DNA from: Nibricoccus sp.
GTDB taxonomy: Bacteria; Verrucomicrobiota; Verrucomicrobiia; Opitutales; Opitutaceae
Length of the DNA: 64,000 nucleotides
Reading direction: 5' to 3'
NCBI GenBank assembly: GCA_047602425.1
Contig: JASGHG010000001.1
Span: 2,592,001 to 2,656,000, forward strand
A model generated the notes under the pieces. It did no database searches and was not told where the DNA came from. It saw only the letters and a list, made by a program, of their open reading frames with translations. Below are positions 46,637 to 56,509 of the stretch, piece after piece. The position numbers were made by a program, and so were the translations under genes. Numbering within the stretch: the stretch's first letter is position 1; each line of letters begins with the position of its first letter.

Positions 46637-47479
46637 CTACCTTTTCAATCGCACGATCCAGTCGAAGACACGCATGGGCAGCAGCCACTTCAAAGCGAGA
46701 AAAACTTTTGCGTGGTTCGGCGCGGCATAGTGGGTCTTCGGACGTCGGGCTGTCAGCGCGCATTCCACGACTCTGGCGATGTCATCTGGTTTACCGGCGA
46801 TGCTTTTTAGTTTTCTGGCTCCGCCTTGAAAACTTTGTGCGAAAGGTGCGTAAGGCCCGGGGTTCTTCACGACATCAGCCGAAACTCGGTCGGCCGCATC
46901 GATGAACTCGGTCAAAATAAAACCGGGCCGCACGAGCACGACGTCGATGCCGAAAGGTTTCAGCTCTCCACGTAGTCCGTCGCTAAACGCTTCGAGGGCG
47001 TGTTTGGTCGAATCGTAAACCGAGGTGAGGGGCCGGGCGATCTTGCCGGCGACCGAACCGATGTTAATGATTCTTCCACCGCCTTGCGCGCGCATCACGG
47101 GAGCGACGAGTTGGATTAATCCGAGAACTCCGAAGACATTGGTTTCAAAATTTCGCCGGATCGCGTCGAGGGGCACTTGCTCGACCGGACCGCGTTGACC
47201 GAAACCAGCGTTGTTCACCAAAGCATCGATGCGGCCGAAACGGGTGAGCGTGGCTTCGACCCAGCGTTTGCGGTCGGTTTCGCTCGTCACATCGCCAGCG
47301 AGCGCGAGGGTCTGTTTTCCTGCGGGATCGATTTCGGCGCAGAGGGCCTTGAGCCTTTCCTCCCGTCGCGCGGTGAGCGCCACGCACGCGCCTGCCCGCA
47401 CAAGTCGGCGAACCATCGCTTCGCCCATGCCGGAGGAAGCGCCTGTGACGAGAACAATTTGTTGGCTGAGCGGTCGCAC
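46637..47479 (-). CDS. Short-chain dehydrogenase/reductase
   Basis: TGASSGMG, NNAG, YDSTK. Confidence 0.93.
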   Translation of the reverse strand: MRPLSQQIVLVTGASSGMGEAMVRRLVRAGACVALTARREERLKALCAEIDPAGKQTLALAGDVTSETDRKRWVEATLTRFGRIDALVNNAGFGQRGPVEQVPLDAIRRNFETNVFGVLGLIQLVAPVMRAQGGGRIINIGSVAGKIARPLTSVYDSTKHALEAFSDGLRGELKPFGIDVVLVRPGFILTEFIDAADRVSADVVKNPGPYAPFAQSFQGGARKLKSIAGKPDDIARVVECALTARRPKTHYAAPNHAKVFLALKWLLPMRVFDWIVRLKR

Positions 47480-47635
47480 TCAACCACCAGATAGACACTT
47501 CCACCAAACGCAACGCCACAACGTCTTCCGCAATCCGCGCTCGATTCCGCCAACGCGCCGGTTAGTGTTTATGAGCAGTTTCCCTTTTCCGGCTAAGAAT
47601 TTATTCCTTTGTTCGTTAACCCTGCAGAATTCCCA

Positions 47636-49352
47636 ATGAAAAATCCGCTGCTCGCCTTGCTGGCTTTCGTTCCGGTCGTGCTCTTCGCCGAGCCCACGCC
47701 CGTTTCCTCGCAAATCAACTCCGCCACCGTTTACCGCGACCGTGCGGTCGTCACGCGTACCGCCAAAATCGAACTGGCTGCGGGGGAAACCCAGCTCTCA
47801 TTCGAAAAGTTGCCTGCCACGCTCGTGGAGCAATCGCTGCAAGTTTCCGGCCGCGGCACCGCAAGTGCCACGATTCTCGACGTGAGCACGCGCACCACTT
47901 TTGTCGAAGCCACGCCCGACGCGCGGATCAAGGCGCTCGAGGATGAAATCCAAGGTTTGGAGAAAAAAGAACGCGCGCTGACCGATCGAGCCGCCGTATT
48001 GCAGCAACAGCGCGCGCTGGTGGAACGCATTGAAACTTCCGTGACGACACCGCCGGGCAAGGAAAGCACGGGGACGACGCGCCCCGGTTTTGACGAATGG
48101 CAAAAACTGCTCTCTTTCGCCGACGAAAACCGCAGCAAGCTCGCTGCCGAGCAGCAAACACTCGACGCACAAAAGGAAGAGCTCGAAAACAAAAAAGTCG
48201 CCCTCATGGAGCAGCTTAACCAGCTCCGTGGTCAGACCGGCAGCGGCCGGAGTTTCAAAAATGTGATCGTACGGGTTGCCGCGGCGAAGGTCCGGCTCGC
48301 TCGATGTTGCGCTCTCCTACACGGTGCCCGGCGCATCTTGGATTCCGTCGTACGATGCGCGCCTGCGCGCCGACGAACGTGCGGTGGAACTGACGTATTT
48401 CGGTATCGTTCGTCAAAACACCGGTGAAGATTGGAAGAATATCGCGCTGACGTTGTCGACTGCGCGGCCAAGCCTTGGAGGCGGCGCGGCCGAATTGAAT
48501 GCTTGGTTTGTTGATGTTTTAAGGCCGCACCGTCCAACACCTGATCAGACTTCCTTTGCTGGTTACCTAAGTAAAGACGAACGTGCTAAACAAATGTTCA
48601 ACATGGCTGCGCCCGCGCCTGCTGGGGCTGGTTCCATGGAAGGAGCTAACTTGACCGATCCCGTACCTGTTGACGCCTCCCTTGCCACGGCCGAAGTCGA
48701 CAACTCCGCCACCAGTGCGTCTTTTAAAATCGCTGCGGCGGCCACGATTCTCAGCGACAACTCGCCGCAGAAAGTTGGCATCACGACGGCGAAATTTGCG
48801 GCGAAGCTTCAATATCAATCCACGCCGCGCGCGCAGGAAACGGCCTTCCTCTCAGCCTACGTGATCAACTCATCCGAATTTCCGCTGCTCGCCGGCGGCA
48901 TGAACACGTTTCTCGACGACACGTTCATCGCGGCGAGTGCGCTTAAGACCGTGATGCCGGGCGAAAAATTCGAGCTCGCGCTTGGCGCCGATGAAGGCGT
49001 GGCGATCAAACGCAAGCTCGTGAACCGTTTTGCCGAAGACACCGGCCTGACCAGCAAGGGCCGTCGCGTGACCTACGAATTTCTCACGACCGTCACGAAC
49101 AACAAAAAGACCGCCGAGCGCGTCGTCTTCAAAGACCTGCTGCCGATTTCGCGCAACGAGAAGATCGTGGTGAAGCTCATCGGACCGGATCCAAAGGACG
49201 TCGGCACGAAGGATAAACCCAAGGAGGTCACGCTCGAAGAGGACGGCAAAATGGTCTGGCGCCTTGACTTGAAGCCGGGCGAGAAGCGCGAAATTCAATT
49301 CAAGTTCAGCGTTGAGCATCCATCCGACGTGACGGTCACCGGGCTGGAATAA
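47636..49352 (+). pseudogene. DUF4140/DUF4139 (MuiA-like) exported protein split by a +1 frameshift near 48290 (may be a sequencing error)
   Basis: N-part has signal peptide, ATVYRDRAVVTR and a coiled coil; the other frame continues SGSLDVALSYTVPGASWIPSYD...QNTGEDW..LSTARP...WRLDLKPGE. Confidence 0.8.
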
Positions 49353-49364
49353 ATAGGTAATTTG

Positions 49365-49423
49365 ACAGGAGGAAACGGAGAGAACGGAGAGGATACTTCT
49401 CTGTTTCCTCTGTTCCCTCCTGT
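49365..49423. repeat. Nonamer tandem-repeat palindromic element, family 3
   Basis: ACAGGAGGA AACGGAGAG AACGGAGA ... TCTCTGTTT CCTCTGTTC CCTCCTGT. Confidence 0.75.
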
Positions 49424-49480
49424 AAAAACTGAATTTTGGGATTGCTTGCGAAAATCGCGAAGCGGGCTAAAAGTGCGGAC

Positions 49481-49996
49481 ATGTCCGCCCAACGCATCAC
49501 CCCACTGTTAGTTCTTTTCCTCGCCATGTTCCCCTTCGCCAAAGCCGAACCACTTGCCGTAGGCTCTGCGGCTCCAAGCATCACCGCAACGACCGAAACC
49601 GGCGCCAGCCTCACATTGGGCGATGTTTACAAAAAAGGTTTTACCCTCGTTTATTTTTACCCGAAGGCCGACACGCCGGGCTGCACCGCGCAAGGCTGCT
49701 CACTGCGCGACGCCTACGAGGAGCTGACGAAACTCGGCGTGACCGTGATCGGCGTGAGCACCGACAGCGTGGAGGCGCAAAAAGCATTTAAAGAGAAATA
49801 TCATTTCCCGTTCACGCTTATTGCCGACACCGACAAAAAGGTCATGCATGCTTTCGGTCAGGACGGCCTCATGTTCGCGAGCCGGCAGGCATTCCTGATC
49901 GACAAGAACGGCAAGGTGGTCTGGCGCGACTTAAAGGCTTCGACCAAACAACAGGCGGCCGACGCGATTGATGCGCTGAAAAAGCTGGGTGGTTAA
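49481..49996 (+). CDS. bcp: Exported peroxiredoxin, BCP/PrxQ type
   Basis: Signal peptide; YFYPKADTPGCTAQGC. Confidence 0.9.
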   Translation: MSAQRITPLLVLFLAMFPFAKAEPLAVGSAAPSITATTETGASLTLGDVYKKGFTLVYFYPKADTPGCTAQGCSLRDAYEELTKLGVTVIGVSTDSVEAQKAFKEKYHFPFTLIADTDKKVMHAFGQDGLMFASRQAFLIDKNGKVVWRDLKASTKQQAADAIDALKKLGG

Positions 49997-50035
49997 AAAC
50001 CGGACGCTCACGGCGTACGCCGAAGGATCGTCGCT

Positions 50036-52138
50036 TCATTCCGCCTCGAAATCGCTTCGCAGCAAAATTTGGTTGGAGGCTGATCCGACCAAAATTTGAA
50101 AAGTGCCGGGCTCGGTTCTCCAACCGTGCTGTTGCACGTCCCAAAAACCGAGCGCCTGGCTGGTGAGGGCGATTTTGATCGTGCGGGACTCGCCCGACCT
50201 CAACGAAACCCGAGCAAAGCCCTTGAGCTCTTTCTCGGGCCGCGGGACGGACGCCTGAACGTCGCGAACGTACAATTGCGCGATTTCCGCGCCTTCGACC
50301 GGGCTGGTATTGGTGATGACAAATTCCACGGTGAGAGTGCCGCCGGCCTTGAGCGATTTCGCGGACAGCTTCAGGTCGCTGTATTTAAAAGTAGAATACG
50401 AAAGACCGTGTCCAAAAGCGTAGAGCGGCTGGATTTTCTTTGCTTCATACCAACGGTAGCCGACAAAGACGCCCTCCTTGTAATCGATTTTATAGACCGG
50501 GTGGGTCATATCGTTGTCGGGATCCCATCCGGTATAAAGTTTTTCGCCCTTCGGCAGATAGTCCGCGCCCGGTGAGTCTTCGAAATTTTTTTCGATCGTG
50601 ATGGGAAGCTTGCCGGAAGGATTTACTTTTCCACAAAGAATTTCGGCGAGGGCTCGGTTGCCAATTTGGCCGGGATACCAGCCGTAGACGATGGCAGCGG
50701 CGCAATCGTTCCAGCCAGTCATTTTAAGGCCACCGCCGGCGTTGACGATCACGACCGTGCGCGGGTTGAGCGAGGTCACGCGTTGCACGAAGGTCTCGTC
50801 TGGTTCGGGCAAAGCGAAGGGGCGATCCCAACCTTCGTTGTCGAGCATCCCTGTGCTGAGCAGAACGACGTCCGCCTGTGAAATCTGCTCGTCGGTGGGC
50901 GAGGGCACGATTTGCAGCGCATCGCCGTAAACATCCTTCAAGGCCTGGCCAAGTAGGATGGTGTTGTACCCTTCGACATGCGAGGAGCCTCCGCCGCTCG
51001 GAAGTTTTTCAACGAAAGTACCGGTGAGCAGAATCTTTTTGGCGGTATCAGTTTTCAGCGGAAGAATCGCCTCGGAATTTTTCAAAAGGACGATGCCTTC
51101 GCGGGCGGTCTGCAGGGCGATTTTTTCGTGCTCGGGATAATTTTTCAGGAACGATTCGTCTTTGATCGGACGATCGCAGAGGCCCATGGCAATCTCCGTG
51201 CGGAGAATGCTGCGGGCCATGCGGTCGATCTGCGCTTCAGTGACTTTGCCTTGTTGCACGAGTTTAAGGCCGTCGGCCTTGATGAACTTGTCTCCGGGCA
51301 TTTCAAGGTCCTGTCCGGACTTGATGATTTTTTCCGCGTCCCAAACCGACCACCAATCGGTCATGACCAGCCAGCGAAAGCCGAGTTGTTTTTTAAGCAG
51401 TTCGCTGATCACGAATTCGCTCTGGCCAGCCCACTCGCCATTCACCTGGTTGTAAGACGTCATCACGGCCATGGCGCCGGCGGCGATGCCCGCCTTGAAG
51501 GCCGGTAAATAGATCTCGTGCATGGTTCGTTCGTCGAGCACGGAGTTCGAGGTGCGCCGATGGTAGTCGGTGTTGTTGGCCAGGAAATGTTTTAGTGTCG
51601 GGATCGTGCCAGTATCGAGAACGCCGCGAACGTAACGCTCGATCATGCGCGAAATCAGAAACGGATCCTCGCCGAAGTACTCGAAGTTTCGCCCGCATTG
51701 GGCGTGGCGATAGATGTTCATTCCGGGGCCCAGCAGAACGGCGATACCTCCGGCGCGACACTCTTCGCCGATGCTGTGAGCGTACGTGTAGGCGAGGTCG
51801 GGATTCCAAGTCGACGCGAGGCAGAGCGGAGCGGGAAATGCCACCGACTTTTCCAATTGCTGGCTTAACTTTCGGCGAATGTTAACCCCGCCAGTCGCGT
51901 CGGACAGATAGAGTTCAGGCAGCCCGAGCTCCGGATATCCTTTCACAAAAAACATGTTGTGGCCGCGGATCAGTTCGAGTTTTTGCTCGAGCGAGAGTTT
52001 GGCCAGAAGCGCGCCGGCTCGCAGATCGGCGGCTTCGTAGCTGACGGGTGTTTGAAAGGGAATTTCGGAGCTTGTGGTGGCGGCCATGGCAGCGATGAAG
52101 GGAAGAAGAAAAGCGAGCAGCGCAAATCGGGTTTTCAT
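50036..52138 (-). CDS. Glycoside hydrolase family 3 (beta-glucosidase-like)
   Basis: Signal peptide; GRNFEYFGEDP, LKHF, VMTDW, IVLLKN, FGHGLSYSTF, FN3-like C-terminus. Confidence 0.95.
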   Translation of the reverse strand: MKTRFALLAFLLPFIAAMAATTSSEIPFQTPVSYEAADLRAGALLAKLSLEQKLELIRGHNMFFVKGYPELGLPELYLSDATGGVNIRRKLSQQLEKSVAFPAPLCLASTWNPDLAYTYAHSIGEECRAGGIAVLLGPGMNIYRHAQCGRNFEYFGEDPFLISRMIERYVRGVLDTGTIPTLKHFLANNTDYHRRTSNSVLDERTMHEIYLPAFKAGIAAGAMAVMTSYNQVNGEWAGQSEFVISELLKKQLGFRWLVMTDWWSVWDAEKIIKSGQDLEMPGDKFIKADGLKLVQQGKVTEAQIDRMARSILRTEIAMGLCDRPIKDESFLKNYPEHEKIALQTAREGIVLLKNSEAILPLKTDTAKKILLTGTFVEKLPSGGGSSHVEGYNTILLGQALKDVYGDALQIVPSPTDEQISQADVVLLSTGMLDNEGWDRPFALPEPDETFVQRVTSLNPRTVVIVNAGGGLKMTGWNDCAAAIVYGWYPGQIGNRALAEILCGKVNPSGKLPITIEKNFEDSPGADYLPKGEKLYTGWDPDNDMTHPVYKIDYKEGVFVGYRWYEAKKIQPLYAFGHGLSYSTFKYSDLKLSAKSLKAGGTLTVEFVITNTSPVEGAEIAQLYVRDVQASVPRPEKELKGFARVSLRSGESRTIKIALTSQALGFWDVQQHGWRTEPGTFQILVGSASNQILLRSDFEAE

Positions 52139-52265
52139 GGGATGCTCTTTGGGGGTTTACGACGTGCAAAGGTTTCCGGCGACTTCTGACGCGATGCGAG
52201 TCAAAATCCAGTCGCACAGTTTAATTGAAACTGTGGCCATTGCAGCGGGTTTTGCCTGCGAGCAT

Positions 52266-52296
52266 AAAAAAACGCCGCAGTCTGGGCTGCGGCGTT
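52266..52296 (-). terminator. Intrinsic terminator for uxaC
   Basis: A-run then AACGCCGCAG-TCTGGG-CTGCGGCGTT. Confidence 0.82.
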
Positions 52297-52320
52297 GAAA
52301 GCGAGAAAAATGCAGGCGAG

Positions 52321-53751
52321 TTATAATTTGCCCACTTCGAGGCCGAAGTGTTGGACGGCGTTTTTATAGCAGATATTTTCGATCATGCCGCCGACGAGTT
52401 CGCGGTCGGCCGGGATGAGGCCGTTTTCGACGTCGCTGCCAATCATCGAACAGAGCAGACGACGGAAGTATTCGTGGCGCACATACGAGAGGAAGCTGCG
52501 CGAGTCGGTGAGCATGCCGACGAAACGGCTGAGCAGGCCGAGTTGCGAGAGGGCGTTGATCTGCCACTCCATGCCTTCCTTCTGATCGAGGAACCACCAG
52601 CCTGAGCCAAACTGAATCTTGCCGGGCATCATCGTGCCGTCCTGCACGTTGCCGATCATGGTCGCGAAGACGTAATTGTCGGCGGGGTTCAGGTTGTAGA
52701 TGACGGTCTTCGGAAGCTTGCCCTCGGAATCGAGGCGGTCGAGGTAGCGAGCAAGGCCGCGAGCTTGCGGGAAGTCGCCGATCGAATCGACGCCGGCGTC
52801 GGCACCGAGGCGTTTTAGGAGTCGCGAGTTGTTGTTGCGAATCGCGCCGAGGTGGAGCTGCTTCGTCCAGCCGGCATTCGCGTCGAGGTGGCCGAAGAAA
52901 AGCATCATGAACCAGGTGAACTTGTTCAACTGCTCGGGCGTGGCGTTGGTGCCGGAGCGTGCGGCGGCGAAGATCGCCTTGGCCTCGGCCTCGGTGCAGT
53001 CGGCGTCGGGAATGTTTTCCATGCCGTGGTCGGAGACGCGGGCGCCGAGCGAGTGGAAGAAGTCGTGGCGATTCTTGAGCGCGGAGAGGAAAGACGATAG
53101 GTCGCGGATGTCGGTGTTGGCTCTGGCGGCCAGTTGGTCAACCCAGGCGTTGAAGCCAGTGGCGTTGTTGACGCCGAGGGCTTTGTCGGGACGGAAGGTC
53201 GGGTAGACTTTGGTTTCGAGCTTGGTCTTCTTGATCGCGATGTGGTGCGCGAGATCGTCGACGGGGTCGTCGGTCGTGCAGACGACGTTGACGCGGAAAT
53301 TGGTGAGAATGCCGTGCGTGGTGAGCGCGGGGGTCTTCAGCTTTTCGTTGGCGGCATCCCAGATTTTTTGCGCGGACTTTTCGTTAATGATTTCGTTGAT
53401 GCCGAAGTAGCGGCGCAGTTCGAGGTGCGACCAGTGGTAAAGCGGGTTGCGCAGCGTGTAGGGCACGGTTTTGGCCCACGCCATGAACTTGTCGAAGTCG
53501 CTCGTTTTGTTGCCGGTGACGAGATCTTCGGGAACGCCATTGGAACGCATCGCGCGCCATTTGTAGTGATCGCCGGCGAGCCAGATCTGGAAGAGATTTT
53601 CGAACTGGCGGTTGTTGGCGATTTGATCGGGCGGCAGGTGGCAGTGGTAGTCGAAAATCGGCTGTTTGACCGCGTGCTCGAAATAGAGCGTGCGGGCCCA
53701 TTCGGTGTTGAGGAGGAAATCTTCAGGAAGGAAGGCTTTGGCGGTAGACAT
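52321..53751 (-). CDS. uxaC: Uronate isomerase
   Basis: DYHCHL, GDHYKWRAMR, NPLYHW, CTTDDP, WWFLDQ, TDSRSFLSY.RHEYFRR. Confidence 0.97.
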   Translation of the reverse strand: MSTAKAFLPEDFLLNTEWARTLYFEHAVKQPIFDYHCHLPPDQIANNRQFENLFQIWLAGDHYKWRAMRSNGVPEDLVTGNKTSDFDKFMAWAKTVPYTLRNPLYHWSHLELRRYFGINEIINEKSAQKIWDAANEKLKTPALTTHGILTNFRVNVVCTTDDPVDDLAHHIAIKKTKLETKVYPTFRPDKALGVNNATGFNAWVDQLAARANTDIRDLSSFLSALKNRHDFFHSLGARVSDHGMENIPDADCTEAEAKAIFAAARSGTNATPEQLNKFTWFMMLFFGHLDANAGWTKQLHLGAIRNNNSRLLKRLGADAGVDSIGDFPQARGLARYLDRLDSEGKLPKTVIYNLNPADNYVFATMIGNVQDGTMMPGKIQFGSGWWFLDQKEGMEWQINALSQLGLLSRFVGMLTDSRSFLSYVRHEYFRRLLCSMIGSDVENGLIPADRELVGGMIENICYKNAVQHFGLEVGKL

Positions 53752-53851
53752 GGCGCGCCCAAGTTGAATCACACCGCGCCGGGACACGAGTGCGTTTTTG
53801 GGCGCAGACAAAGATTTTCGGAGAGCTTCGGCTTGAGATGATCTGAGACGC

Positions 53852-55024
53852 ATGCAGGCTGTGCACGTGGGCTTACCCCTTGTTTGTAAAACATTTTGGT
53901 TTCGATGGTTTGTTGCTGCGGCGCTCTGTTTCGGTTGCACGGCCGTCCTTCCGCGTTGGTGGTGTGGCGCCGATGGAGAGCGTTGGTTTGTTGGTCAACG
54001 GGAGCAGGTGGCCACGCTTGCTCGCGAAGTCGCCGCGATGGTTGATCGAGGCGTTTCAGCCAAGGAGTTCACGAGCGACGTTTCACTTTTCCAACATGAG
54101 TGGATGTTTGGAAGTTATCAGATGGCAGCCCTCGCACTGCTCCAGATTTGCGATGAATATCCGGAGCTGAGGGATGAATTTTTACCAGTGGCTGAGCGCG
54201 CGATTGATCGTTTGCTTTCTGAGGAAGTGCGCGGCTTTGACCGAAAAAGTTGGGGTGAAGATCCGCTTGCCTCGCTTGATGGTCCGAACGGCCACGCTGC
54301 ATACCTTGGCTATACTAATCTGGTTCTGGCCTTTCACCGTCGCCTTGTTCCCCAATCGCGATTTGCTGGTCTTAACGACAAAATTTCCAGCGCTCTGGCT
54401 CGTAGGTTGCGTGCAAGTCCGGCCGGCATATTACAAACATATCCACACGAAAACTACCCAATCGACAACGCCAGTGTGCTTGCATCTCTGCTGATGCACC
54501 AAAAGGAATTCGGAGGCGGTCATGGCGACGTCACGGCACCGATGCTGCAACGATTTCAAAAAGAATGGCGCGATAAAAAAAGCGGCCTGCTTTTTCAGGC
54601 CTTCGATGGCCGCAGCGGTAGTGCTATTGATGCTCCGCGTGCCAGTGGTACTGCGTTAGCGGCCTACTTTATTTCTTTCGGCGAGCGCGAGTGTGCGGCG
54701 GAGTTGTTCCAGTCGCTAAAACAAAACTGTGCGGGCTCGCTCGCCGGTTTTGGATTTATCCGCGAATATCCGGAAGGCTTGCGTGGGCAGGGTGATATCG
54801 ATTCCGGTCCAATTATATGCGGAATCAGTCCATCGGGCACGGGTTTTGCGATCGCGGGTTGTCGAATATTTAGAGATCGCAACTTATTCGTTCAACTTTA
54901 TCGGACAGCGCATCTCACTGGCGCGCCGCTGTCCTCCGGCGGCCGGTTGCAGTTTGTGACCGGCGGTCCGCTCGGTAACGCCATTATGCTCGCGATGCTC
55001 ACTGCACATTCTGTGGAACCGTGA
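53852..55024 (+). CDS. Linalool dehydratase/isomerase-like helical-barrel protein of unknown function
   Basis: N-terminal anchor; YLGYTNL.L, TYPHENYPIDN, RASGT, REYP.G..G.GDIDSGP, LGNAIMLAM; family recognised by eye. Confidence 0.6.
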   Translation: MQAVHVGLPLVCKTFWFRWFVAAALCFGCTAVLPRWWCGADGERWFVGQREQVATLAREVAAMVDRGVSAKEFTSDVSLFQHEWMFGSYQMAALALLQICDEYPELRDEFLPVAERAIDRLLSEEVRGFDRKSWGEDPLASLDGPNGHAAYLGYTNLVLAFHRRLVPQSRFAGLNDKISSALARRLRASPAGILQTYPHENYPIDNASVLASLLMHQKEFGGGHGDVTAPMLQRFQKEWRDKKSGLLFQAFDGRSGSAIDAPRASGTALAAYFISFGERECAAELFQSLKQNCAGSLAGFGFIREYPEGLRGQGDIDSGPIICGISPSGTGFAIAGCRIFRDRNLFVQLYRTAHLTGAPLSSGGRLQFVTGGPLGNAIMLAMLTAHSVEP

Positions 55025-55290
55025 AGAAATACTCCAGTTTGCGCCGCATTGTCTTCGAAGCGGCAGGATTGATCCTGCTGCACTATGTGCTCCTGCAAGT
55101 GCTGGCCAAAGCGCGGTGGCTCGAGCATCTGCTCGCGCCGGGTGGCGATTCCTTTTGGCCGATGGTTTTTACTGCGACATTTCTCTGCTTGCGCGTATTT
55201 TTGTATATATTTGTTCCCGGCTTTTTAGCGGCTAGGATTTGGTTGGGGCTTACTCGAGCGGAAATCGACAGCGGCAAATCACGACTTTGA
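55021..55290 (+). CDS. Small membrane protein coupled to the upstream gene
   Basis: GTGA start/stop overlap; two to three hydrophobic segments. Confidence 0.65.
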   Translation: MKKYSSLRRIVFEAAGLILLHYVLLQVLAKARWLEHLLAPGGDSFWPMVFTATFLCLRVFLYIFVPGFLAARIWLGLTRAEIDSGKSRL

Positions 55291-56388
55291 TTTTTTGGCT
55301 GCCTCGGCGATTTTTTGGCGGAGGGCGCGGGCGTAGGTTTTGCCGTTGAGCGGGAGACCGATGGGTTTGCCGATCCAGGCCGAGAGGACGATGGCGTTGG
55401 CGAGTTCGACGGAGTGGAGACCTTCGGCGGCGGGCGCGATGAGCGGTTTACCATCGAGGATCGCGTCGGCGAAGTTTTGCAGAATTTCGACATGTTGGCC
55501 GCCGTGGCCAGGGAGGGGAATGGCGATGTCCCAAGTAGTTGGTTTGGCAAAGCCTTCTTTCGACGTGCGGCTGAATTCGGTCACGGGAATTTCGTTTCGC
55601 GTGAGCGTCAGATTGTCGTTTTCGTAGACGAGACGGCCACGTTCGCTGGCGACTTCGAGGCGGTTGGTGCCCGGAGCTTCGCCGGTCGAAGTGATGAGCG
55701 TGGCATGTTTGCCGTCGGCGTATTCGAAGTGCGCCGTGACGTCGTCCTCGGCTTCGATCGGGTGGTAACGGCCGAAATTGCAGAACCCGGTCACGCGTTT
55801 GGGCATCCCGAAGAGCCACTGGAAAAGATCGAGGTTGTGCAGGCACTGGTTGAGGAGCACGCCGCCGCCTTCGCCGGCCCAGGTGGCGCGCCACGCGCTC
55901 GACGCGTAGTAGGCGTGGGTGCGGAACCAGTCGGTGATGGTCCATTGCACGCGGCGGACGGCGCCGAGTTCGCCATTTTGGACGAGTTGGCGAATCTTCT
56001 GGAAATATGGATCTGTGCGCTGGTTTAGGAAAACGGCGAAAACCTTCTTTTTGTTTTTGTGTGCGGCGACGAGTTTCTCGGCATCGGTTTTGTGCACGGA
56101 GATGGGTTTTTCAACGAGGACGTGGAGACCGGCTTTGAGCGCCTGAATGCCGATGGTGGTGTGCGCGTAGTGTGGCGTGGCAATGAGCACGGCGTCGATC
56201 AGGCCGGAGGCGAACATTTCTTCGGGCGTGACGAAGCCGCGAGCGTTGGGCCAGCGGGCGCGTTTTGCCGGATTTGAGGAAACGACGGCGGTGAGTTCGA
56301 GGCCTTTGATTTTGCCGGAGGCAATATTGTTGGCGTGGCCGACGCCCATCAGGCCAAGGCCAATAACGCCGATGCGTACGGTGCTCAT
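55279..56388 (-). CDS. Gfo/Idh/MocA-family oxidoreductase
   Basis: GVIGLGLMG, ATPHYAH, VEKP, WRATWAGEGGGVLLNQCLHNLD. Confidence 0.94.
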   Translation of the reverse strand: MSTVRIGVIGLGLMGVGHANNIASGKIKGLELTAVVSSNPAKRARWPNARGFVTPEEMFASGLIDAVLIATPHYAHTTIGIQALKAGLHVLVEKPISVHKTDAEKLVAAHKNKKKVFAVFLNQRTDPYFQKIRQLVQNGELGAVRRVQWTITDWFRTHAYYASSAWRATWAGEGGGVLLNQCLHNLDLFQWLFGMPKRVTGFCNFGRYHPIEAEDDVTAHFEYADGKHATLITSTGEAPGTNRLEVASERGRLVYENDNLTLTRNEIPVTEFSRTSKEGFAKPTTWDIAIPLPGHGGQHVEILQNFADAILDGKPLIAPAAEGLHSVELANAIVLSAWIGKPIGLPLNGKTYARALRQKIAEAAKKSKS

Positions 56389-56442
56389 GGTGTCGTCAGT
56401 GTTGGCTGATCGGGGAAGGCTGACAATCTCTCGGGATGTAAA

Positions 56443-56469
56443 AAAGTGTCACGTAATTCGTGACACTTT
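56443..56469. repeat. Perfect 11-bp inverted repeat
   Basis: AAAGTGTCACG-TAATT-CGTGACACTTT. Confidence 0.7.
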
Positions 56470-56509
56470 GACTGTTTCTAAAGCGAAGATGAATGGTTGG
56501 GCCCACCGA

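Noticed and set aside
52193..52205. GATGCGAGTCAAA shared with the yecH promoter (58039-58051)
   Set aside because: The left TTGA half-site is absent here; a single 13-mer match is not enough
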